Shown here piece after piece: positions 8,853-15,629 of a DNA stretch of 23,202 nt. Under the pieces are notes generated by a model. That model did not search any database, was not told the DNA's origin, and saw only the letters and a program-made list of their open reading frames with translations. The position numbers and the translations under genes were made by a program. The DNA is from Chloroflexota bacterium. Lineage in GTDB: Bacteria > Chloroflexota > Chloroflexia > QHBQ01. Location: contig JAYUUN010000113.1 of NCBI GenBank assembly GCA_043754535.1, positions 62,001-85,202 of the forward strand, read 5' to 3'. Numbering within the stretch: the first letter of the stretch is position 1; each line of letters opens with the position of its first letter.

Positions 8853-9013
8853 CTTGCCCGTCAGCCCGAAACGGGAAGCGGCGAAGGCCAAGACCCCGGC
8901 TAGAGCGTCAGGATGAACACCACCTGGAGCAAAGAAACCAGCCCTGGTTAGCCCGCAGTCAAGACTAACCAGGCTGGGCCGAGCGGCAGTACCGGCCAAC
9001 GCTGGTGCTGCCG
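8852..9013 (+). other. Three consecutive hairpins in the convergent ALDH / IscU-like intergenic region
   Basis: GCTT(G)CCCGT/ACGGGAAGC at 8852-8879; CCTGGTTAG/CTAACCAGG at 8943-8973; CGGCAGTACCGGC-CAAC-GCTGGTGCTGCCG at 8984-9013 (two G-U pairs). Confidence 0.5.
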
Positions 9014-9084
9014 TCCCTATTCGCCCAGCTTCAACCAATGCTGAGCAGCAGTAGAGTGGTCAGTAGAGCAGCACCTACGGCAGG

Positions 9085-9513
9085 CTAGCCTTGCCTTTCG
9101 CTGGCGAGTGTCGCCCGCGTCTGGTCAGCGCGCCACTGCTTGAGGGCGGCGTGCAGGGTGCCGAGGGCAAGGGTGGCACAACGCGGGCGGCTGTTTACCA
9201 CATCGCGGCCCAGTTCGTTCATCAGTTGCTCCGCGTGGATGTCGTCCACTTCGCTCAACTTGCGGCCAGCAACTTCGTCGGTGATGTAGCTGCTGCCTGC
9301 CCGACTGATCGTGCAACTCTCGGCCACCATCTCGAAGCTGATCTCCTCGATCTCCTGGGTCTCTGGGTTGAGCTTGAGAAAGAGGGTAACAACGTCGCCG
9401 CAGCCAGGGTTACCGCCGCTAAAGGTGAGGTTAGCATCGGGCAACTGGTAGTTGTGGCTGGGATTGTTAGCGAGGTCAAGTACGTACTCAAGTTGTTCCT
9501 GGCGGCTAGGCAT
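9085..9513 (-). CDS. IscU/SufU-type (NifU N-terminal) Fe-S scaffold or sulfur-transfer protein, ~142 aa
   Basis: NPGCGD, CTISRAGSS, RPRCATL: three conserved Cys plus Asp. ATG at 9513 is preferred because of the SD CAGGAG upstream. Confidence 0.85.
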   Translation of the reverse strand: MPSRQEQLEYVLDLANNPSHNYQLPDANLTFSGGNPGCGDVVTLFLKLNPETQEIEEISFEMVAESCTISRAGSSYITDEVAGRKLSEVDDIHAEQLMNELGRDVVNSRPRCATLALGTLHAALKQWRADQTRATLASERQG

Positions 9514-9565
9514 GGGTGCTGCTGCTCCTGTTCTTTGAGCCAACTTCAAGCCAAATGGTAGCTAG

Positions 9566-9595
9566 ATCATACCAATGCAGAGCCGCTCTTGTCAA
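9566..9595 (-). promoter_or_regulatory. Sigma70-type promoter for the IscU/SufU-like gene
   Basis: TTGACA (9595-9590), 18 bp, TATGAT (9571-9566), with a TG extension. Confidence 0.65.
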
Positions 9596-9600
9596 CTGTC

Positions 9601-9629
9601 TTGACGCAGATCGAACGGTGTGCTAACCT
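9601..9629 (+). promoter_or_regulatory. Sigma70-type promoter for the 9657 gene
   Basis: TTGACG (9601-9606), 17 bp, TAACCT (9624-9629), with a TG extension. Confidence 0.6.
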
Positions 9630-9656
9630 TGGAGCAAATACGGGGGCTGGGGAGGG

Positions 9657-10367
9657 ATGATGGGCAAGGTACCGCGAGCGCGGGTGGAGAACATGGTAGT
9701 ATTGGCGACTGCCGTGGGCGAAGATGGAGTGACCGCGGTGGGCATCGGCCCAGGCGAGCAGTGGGTACGCCCAGTGCGGGGCAGCGGCACGCTGCAACTA
9801 ACCGACCTCTGCTATCCAAACAACACTGTCCTGCGCGCCTTTGATATTGCTCAGCTAGCGATAGTGCAGCGACGGCCTGCACCCCCCTATGTGGAGAATG
9901 CAATCGCCGACTTCGACTATGCCCGCCCGCGCCTGGCAGGGCAGGTCGCTCCCAGCCAACGGGCTGCCTGGCTGGCTGCCCATGCCGAACCAGCAGCCCC
10001 AGCGGTGGCGGCGATCTACCAGCGGCAGGAACGCTCGCTAGCCCTGATCGAGGTGACGGCGGTCTACTGCACCGTGCGGCGCGACCCAAAGGGGGGGCTG
10101 GTGACGAAGGTGTGGGCCGAGGAGTTGCAGCAGCCGCGCCCTATCCCCTGCACTGGCGTGCATTGGCGGGCGGTCGCGCGCCGCCTCTTGGGCGAGGAAA
10201 CCGCCCGCAACTTCGAGTGGCCGCAGTTGCGCGCCCTGCTCGGCTGCCAGCGCGCCTACCTGCTGATCAGCCTGAGCAACCCCCACCCCGGTGAGTATTG
10301 GCCGACAGTGCTTAGCCTGGAGACCAGCCCCGGTTACGATGCGACCGTAGACTACCGCAATCTGTGA
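9657..10367 (+). CDS. Hypothetical protein resembling the dual OB-fold-containing family, 236 aa
   Basis: Motif order WVRPV...L...FD...P.PPYVEN...RSLALI...PCT...W...YLLISLS.P..G.YWP.V matches my recollection of dual-OB proteins. Has its own promoter and SD (GGGAGG). Family call needs an HMM check. Confidence 0.6.
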   Translation: MMGKVPRARVENMVVLATAVGEDGVTAVGIGPGEQWVRPVRGSGTLQLTDLCYPNNTVLRAFDIAQLAIVQRRPAPPYVENAIADFDYARPRLAGQVAPSQRAAWLAAHAEPAAPAVAAIYQRQERSLALIEVTAVYCTVRRDPKGGLVTKVWAEELQQPRPIPCTGVHWRAVARRLLGEETARNFEWPQLRALLGCQRAYLLISLSNPHPGEYWPTVLSLETSPGYDATVDYRNL

Positions 10368-10442
10368 GCCGGGCGCGCGTCTGAAGTGGTAATCGGTGCT
10401 GCGCTGTATGCCCAACGCAGCCTCAGCGAGCAGGTGGTTCGG

Positions 10443-10471
10443 TTGCTTTTGCAGGCATTATCTGCTATAAT
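10443..10471 (+). promoter_or_regulatory. radA promoter
   Basis: TTGCTT (10443-10448), 17 bp, TATAAT (10466-10471), with a TG extension. Confidence 0.7.
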
Positions 10472-10482
10472 TGTAGCGAATT

Positions 10483-10496
10483 AGAACATCTGTCCG
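10483..10496. promoter_or_regulatory. Putative LexA (SOS) box
   Basis: AGAAC-ATCT-GTCCG, one mismatch to GAAC-N4-GTTC, just downstream of the radA -10. Confidence 0.6.
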
Positions 10497-10521
10497 ATGA
10501 GCAAGCAGCGGGAGAAGAAGC

Positions 10522-11985
10522 GTGGCAAAGAGCGCGTACAATGGTAAGAGCAGTGGCAAGACGATCTTTGTTTGTAGCAACTGCGGCAGCGAGTCGCCCA
10601 AGTGGCAGGGGCGTTGCCCCGATTGCAGCGAGTGGAATACCTTCAGCGAGGCGATTGCCCCTAGCGGCACCTGGCTGACCAAAGCGGGGACGGGCGCGAG
10701 CGTCAACAAGCCAGAGCCGATCACCGCGATCAGCAACGGCAACTTCCAGCGTACTATCGTGCCGATTGCCGAGTTCAACCGCGTGCTGGGCGGGGGCATC
10801 GTGCCTGGTTCGCTCACCCTGATCGGCGGCGACCCTGGCATCGGCAAGTCTACCCTGCTGTTGCAAGTCAGCGGCCTGATCGCTGGACTGGGCAAGGTAC
10901 TCTATGTCAGTGCCGAGGAGTCGCCCCACCAGATCAAGCTGCGGGCCGACCGCCTGGGCATCGCCCCACCCGACCTCTACCTGTTGGCCGAGACCAATAT
11001 CGACCAGATCATCCAGTATGTGGAGGCGATGCGGCCCGCCCTGGTGGTCATAGACTCGATCCAGACCGTCTACGTGCCAGATGTGCCGAGCGCAGCGGGC
11101 AGCGTCAGTCAGGTGCGCGAGTGTACCTCCCGCCTGATGCGAACTGGCAAGGGCAGCAACATCCCCATCTTCCTGGTCGGCCACGTGACGAAGGACGGCG
11201 CACTGGCGGGGCCACGGGTGCTAGAACACATGGTAGATACCGTCCTCTACCTGGAAGGCGACCGCTTCCACCAGTACCGCTTGCTGCGTGGGGTGAAGAA
11301 CCGCTTTGGCAGCACCAACGAGGTGGGCGTGTTCGAGATGGGCGGCGACGGCATGATCGAGGTGCCGAACCCTTCGGCGGCCTTCCTGGCGGAGCGCAGC
11401 ATGGGTATCCCCGGCTCGGCGGTGGCGGTGACCATGGAGGGGACGCGCCCGCTGCTGATCGAGGTGCAGGCTCTAACCAGCACCACCAGCTTTGGTATGC
11501 CGCGCCGCACCGCCAACGGTATTGACCAGAACCGCCTGCAAATGCTGATCGCTGTTCTCACCAAGCGGGTCGGCCTCGCCCTCTACAATCAAGACATCTT
11601 TATCAACGTGGTGGGCGGGATGAAGGTAGACGAACCGGCAGCAGACCTGGCGGTGGCGACAGCGATTGCCAGCAGCTTCCGCAACCAGATGGTTAACCCC
11701 GAAGCAGTCTTGATCGGCGAGATCGGCCTCAGCGGCGAACTGCGCCAGGTCAGCCAGGTGGAGCGGCGGTTGAGCGAAGCGCACAAGCTGGGCTTCAGTC
11801 GCGGCTTCTACCCCATGTCGCCCAAGCCACCCGCCCTGGGTGAGAGCTTCCTCGCCAGCGGCCTGACCAGCCTCAGCCAGTGCATTGAGGACGCGCTGTT
11901 GGGCGAGCCGCAGCTTGACGAGCCGCAGGAGAGCGGCGGGCGCAGCAAGCGCAAGCGCGACGAAGATGAGTACGAAGATTACTAG
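10522..11985 (+). CDS. radA: DNA repair protein RadA/Sms, 487 aa
   Basis: C4 zinc finger CSNCG...WQGRCPDC, Walker A GDPGIGKS, KNRFG motif, Lon-like C-terminal domain (GEIGLSGELR). Confidence 0.97.
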   Translation: MAKSAYNGKSSGKTIFVCSNCGSESPKWQGRCPDCSEWNTFSEAIAPSGTWLTKAGTGASVNKPEPITAISNGNFQRTIVPIAEFNRVLGGGIVPGSLTLIGGDPGIGKSTLLLQVSGLIAGLGKVLYVSAEESPHQIKLRADRLGIAPPDLYLLAETNIDQIIQYVEAMRPALVVIDSIQTVYVPDVPSAAGSVSQVRECTSRLMRTGKGSNIPIFLVGHVTKDGALAGPRVLEHMVDTVLYLEGDRFHQYRLLRGVKNRFGSTNEVGVFEMGGDGMIEVPNPSAAFLAERSMGIPGSAVAVTMEGTRPLLIEVQALTSTTSFGMPRRTANGIDQNRLQMLIAVLTKRVGLALYNQDIFINVVGGMKVDEPAADLAVATAIASSFRNQMVNPEAVLIGEIGLSGELRQVSQVERRLSEAHKLGFSRGFYPMSPKPPALGESFLASGLTSLSQCIEDALLGEPQLDEPQESGGRSKRKRDEDEYEDY

Positions 11986-12057
11986 GGAGGGTCGTTTTCC
12001 CCTTTAGCCACAGCCCAAAATAGGGTCGCCAGAGAGGTAGCAAAACAGTCGTTTCTA

Positions 12058-12066
12058 TGTTATAAT
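12058..12066 (+). promoter_or_regulatory. Extended -10 promoter for the KaiC-like gene
   Basis: TGtTATAAT, with TAGCAA 17 bp upstream of the TATAAT. Confidence 0.65.
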
Positions 12067-12139
12067 AATGGCACGCTTCCTTCTAGGAGATAGCTAAGGA
12101 GCGTGCTGTTTACTGTGTTGGCGGGTTAAGGAGCAGTTT

Positions 12140-13678
12140 GTGAATAATACAACGGGTGGTAAAGAGGAGGGGGCGGACAAGCCCTTGAGCGAACAGCCAC
12201 AAACTAGCAACGAGCAACTGGCGATCATCCCGACTGGGGTCGAGGGGCTGGATTCGATCCTCGGCGGCGGTATCGCTCGTGGCTCGCTGGTGATAGTGGT
12301 TGGTGAACCGGGTAGCGGCAAGACTGTGCTGATGCAGCAGATTTGCTTCCACTGGGCAAAACGTAACCGCAGCGAGAACCTCAAGCGCAAGGCGATCTAC
12401 TTCAGCACCGTCACCGAGCCGCACGACAAGCTGATCGCCCACACCCGGCAGTTCGGCTTCTACGAGGCCAGCCTTGTGCCAGATGAGCTTGAAATGCTCT
12501 CTCTGCAAGAGGCAATGCTGATCAGCATTGATACGGTGGTGGAGACGATCATCAACACTGTGCGCCTGCGCCGAGCGGGGTTGGTCGTGGTTGACGGCTT
12601 TCGTTCGCTCTTCTCCGTCGCAGGCAGCAGCCAGGTCGCCAGCCTCGCCCTTTCCCGCCTCTCTTCCCAACTGAACATCCTCGGCTGCACCGGCTTCATC
12701 ACCTATGAGGCTAGTATAGACGCGAACCAGGGTGGGGAGATGTTGACCACTACCGACGTAGTGATCGCCCTCGGTGCTGAACGACACGGCTCGCAACTGA
12801 CTCGCCGCGTAGACATTCGCAAGGTGCGCGGTCAGGCGCAGCTAAACGGCCTGCACAGTTATGAGATCTGCAGGGACGGCTGGAAAGTCTACCCCCGTCT
12901 GGAAGCGATAGTCACTAGCAGACCGCCTGCCAACCAGCCCTTCGACCCTAGCCTGCGTCTCAAACTGGATGGCGGCGAGATTGACCGCCTGATGGAAGGG
13001 GGCATTCCCAGCGGCTCGATCACCATGCTGGCGGGTGCGCCCGGCACTGGCAAGACGCTGCTCAACCTGCACTTCATGGCACAGGGTATCGCCAACAACG
13101 AACCCTGCCTGATGCTCAACTTTGATGAGACCGAGCAACAACTGCTGGCGAAGGCGGATCGCTTCAACCTCCCTCTGCGCCAGGCGGTGGCGAGCGGTCT
13201 GCTGCGCCTACACCCCCTACCGCCGGTCGATCTTGATCCAAACGAGCTAGCCAGCATGATCCGCCACGAGGTTGAGCAATACGGTGTCCGTCGCATGGTG
13301 ATCGACTCGTTTGACCCGATAGAGCAGGCCGCCGGACGCGAGGGGCGTGGCTATTACTACATAGCGGCCCTGGTTGCTTACCTGCGGGGCAAGGGCGTGA
13401 GCCTTACTGTCAGCAAGGATCTGCCCCGCGTTATTGGCCTCGAACTTGACCTCGGCACCACAGTCCTCGGCATGCTCTCCGAAAACCTGATCTTGCTGCG
13501 CTATGTCGAACGTGAGGGTCGCTTCTACCGTGTCCTCAATGTACTGAAGATGCGCGATAGTGACTACGAAAACGGGGTGCGCCATTTCATCATTGACCGC
13601 CAGGGTATTACGGTGCAGCCGTTGAGCCGGGGCAGCATAGAAGATAGCAACACGAGAGTGATGGCCCAGCCAGGTTGA
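12140..13678 (+). CDS. KaiC-like (RAD55/KaiC family) double-domain RecA-type ATPase, 512 aa
   Basis: Domain 1: PTGVEGLDSILGGGI, GEPGSGKT, VVVDGF, IRKVRG. Domain 2: LMEGGIP, GAPGTGKT, MVIDSF, LKMRDS. SD TAAGGAG before the GTG. Confidence 0.9.
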   Translation: MNNTTGGKEEGADKPLSEQPQTSNEQLAIIPTGVEGLDSILGGGIARGSLVIVVGEPGSGKTVLMQQICFHWAKRNRSENLKRKAIYFSTVTEPHDKLIAHTRQFGFYEASLVPDELEMLSLQEAMLISIDTVVETIINTVRLRRAGLVVVDGFRSLFSVAGSSQVASLALSRLSSQLNILGCTGFITYEASIDANQGGEMLTTTDVVIALGAERHGSQLTRRVDIRKVRGQAQLNGLHSYEICRDGWKVYPRLEAIVTSRPPANQPFDPSLRLKLDGGEIDRLMEGGIPSGSITMLAGAPGTGKTLLNLHFMAQGIANNEPCLMLNFDETEQQLLAKADRFNLPLRQAVASGLLRLHPLPPVDLDPNELASMIRHEVEQYGVRRMVIDSFDPIEQAAGREGRGYYYIAALVAYLRGKGVSLTVSKDLPRVIGLELDLGTTVLGMLSENLILLRYVEREGRFYRVLNVLKMRDSDYENGVRHFIIDRQGITVQPLSRGSIEDSNTRVMAQPG

Positions 13679-13965
13679 CAGAGCAGCATAACTGCCTGTT
13701 GGCTACCTGGAAGGCGCAGAAGCAAGACGTTGGCAAAAAACTTGCTATTACGGTCAGTACTTGCAAACGATAGCTAGCCCCCAGCCCACCGCAGATAGCG
13801 GCCATACGGGTATGAGGTTTGCGCACACCAGTTGGCAACTGGCAATCCCAGTGATCTCGGTAAGGGAGTGAAGGGGTTCAGAGAATATGGACACGTTCCA
13901 TTTCGCCAACTGGCAGTCAGGCAGAGGGGCAGCCAGCCCTAAATCTGACAGTGGGAGCAGACAAG

Positions 13966-14340
13966 GTGGCTAAAGTTCTGGTTGTGGACGATGAGAAGCC
14001 GATAGTTGACTTGATCAGTGACCTGATCGAGGACTCCGGTCATCAAGCACTAAAGGCCTACAACGGACGTGATGCGTTGGAGATAGCCCGCCGCGAGATG
14101 CCAGTACTAATCATCTCTGACCTGATGATGCCGCTGTTGGATGGCTTCGACCTGCTAACCGCCGTCCGTACCGAAAGCAGCCTCAAGAACACTATCTTCG
14201 TGATGATGAGCGCGGCCTTCGTCAATGATGTGATGAGGCGCGATCCAAAAGCTGACCAGTACCTCGCCAAGCCATTCGACCTCGACACCATCGATGGGTT
14301 GATCAGCAAGCTGAGAGGCACTGCGCCGGATGCGAATTAG
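13966..14340 (+). CDS. Single-domain (CheY-like) response regulator, ~124 aa
   Basis: KVLVVDDE, IISDLMMP (phospho-Asp), MMSA, AKPFD. GTG at 13966 is preferred because of the SD GGGAG at 13953-13957. Confidence 0.92.
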   Translation: MAKVLVVDDEKPIVDLISDLIEDSGHQALKAYNGRDALEIARREMPVLIISDLMMPLLDGFDLLTAVRTESSLKNTIFVMMSAAFVNDVMRRDPKADQYLAKPFDLDTIDGLISKLRGTAPDAN

Positions 14341-14890
14341 GCGGCTACTGCTAGTAATCCCCTTGCTGCTGCTAGCCGCTTGCGATGGCTCGCCTGCCAG
14401 CACCCCCACTGCTGCCCCACCCACCCTCACCCCGCTGCCCTCCACCCCGCTGCCCTCCACCCCGCTGCCCGCCAGCGCAACCAGCCCGCTGATCGGTAGC
14501 CCCGGCGAGCAGCTTGACGAGACGGCGGTCATTGGGCTGGCGAAGGCTGCCGCCGACCAGCTACCCTCGCCACCCCGCATCTACGAGCGCGACAGCAGCA
14601 GGGCGCAGGAGTGGCCGGGGCAGGCGGGTTCGCTGCCCGCCAGCCTCGATGTCTGCGGGGCGATGATGGCCGCCGAGGACAATCCCGGCTGCACGCCGCC
14701 GCTGACCCTCACCCTCAGCCTCAACAGCACCGACGGCACCACGCTCGTCACCTTCCAGAGCGACTGGCAGAGCGCGGCGGGGCCAAAGAGCCATAGTTGG
14801 CAGTTCAGCGTGCAGCGCAGCCGCCGCAAGGCTACCTTCCTCAAGGAGGAGGGTGACCCGCTGCCAGTGCTACCGATGTTAGTCAGGTAG
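14330..14890 (+). CDS. Predicted lipoprotein with Pro/Thr tether, 186 aa, function unknown
   Basis: Lipoprotein signal MRIRRLLLVIPLLLLAA-C (lipobox LAAC), TPLPS repeats; overlaps the regulator gene by 11 nt. Confidence 0.8.
   Translation: MRIRRLLLVIPLLLLAACDGSPASTPTAAPPTLTPLPSTPLPSTPLPASATSPLIGSPGEQLDETAVIGLAKAAADQLPSPPRIYERDSSRAQEWPGQAGSLPASLDVCGAMMAAEDNPGCTPPLTLTLSLNSTDGTTLVTFQSDWQSAAGPKSHSWQFSVQRSRRKATFLKEEGDPLPVLPMLVR
14429..14470 (+). repeat. 15-bp tandem repeat ACCCCGCTGCCCTCC x2.8 (TPLPS)
   Basis: Copies at 14429, 14444 and a partial copy at 14459. Confidence 0.85.
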
Positions 14891-14923
14891 GTTAGTGGGG
14901 CTGGCGTAACCACAGCCGTGCGC

Positions 14924-15628
14924 TCAAGCGGCAAGCAGCAGATGGGCTAAACCCGCCGCCAGCAGTTTGGCCGCCTTCGTCGCATAGGGGTAGTCCTCAA
15001 TCGCAAACTGCTGCTTCGCGCCAATGGTGGCGAGGTGCTGCTTGAAGGGGGCGTGGCCCATCAGCGGGTAGATGCGCTCCAGGGCAGCGGCGGCGGCGTA
15101 GAGGGCGTGGGCGGCTTCGTTACGCCCATTATTGGCAGCCACCTTGCCCGCAATATACAGCTTCTTCGCCTTCGCCGCCCGCAGAGCCAGCACCAACTCA
15201 AGGTCAATGCGGTACTCGTCCCCACTGCGCAGCAGCATGAGTGGTACGTTTAGCTGCGGCCAGCCACTCTCTCCGCCCACCGCTGCGAGGCTGAGGGCGA
15301 TGCTGTCACCTTGCACTGTAAGCTCTAGCGGCTGATCGAGCAGCCGTTGCCAGCCACACTGTTGGGCATAGGCAGCCATTGCGGTCAGCCAGTCGCTCCG
15401 CAGGCCGCCGCTGTCGTTGTCCAGTAGTTGCAAGACGGTGGCTGGGGTAAAGAAGTGGTCGCCAATGCCGACCGCCCGCGCCAGCACTGCATGGTGTTCG
15501 ACGTAGAGGGTGGCGGCCAGCAGCAGGCGGGTACCGTCGCTGACCAGCAACCAGGCGCAGGTAAACTGGCCCGCCAGCAGGCAGGCGACGAATTGACGGG
15601 CTGCTTCGAGGATGGCGGGGTCTGGCAC
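14924..15628 (-). CDS. Hypothetical protein, 234 aa, directly after purF
   Basis: GTG start 1 nt after the purF stop, filling the gap to the convergent lipoprotein. N-terminus resembles NTF2-like openers (AARQFVACLLAGQFTCAWLLVS); C-terminus is helical and TPR-like. Confidence 0.6.
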   Translation of the reverse strand: MPDPAILEAARQFVACLLAGQFTCAWLLVSDGTRLLLAATLYVEHHAVLARAVGIGDHFFTPATVLQLLDNDSGGLRSDWLTAMAAYAQQCGWQRLLDQPLELTVQGDSIALSLAAVGGESGWPQLNVPLMLLRSGDEYRIDLELVLALRAAKAKKLYIAGKVAANNGRNEAAHALYAAAAALERIYPLMGHAPFKQHLATIGAKQQFAIEDYPYATKAAKLLAAGLAHLLLAA

Positions 15629-15629
15629 C

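Noticed and set aside
12140..13678. True circadian clock kaiC
   Set aside because: No kaiA or kaiB adjacent and the canonical CII Ser/Thr pair is absent, so no gene symbol is given.
13887..13973. 28-codon ORF upstream of the response regulator
   Set aside because: SD spacing is unconvincing and there is no motif; cannot be supported.
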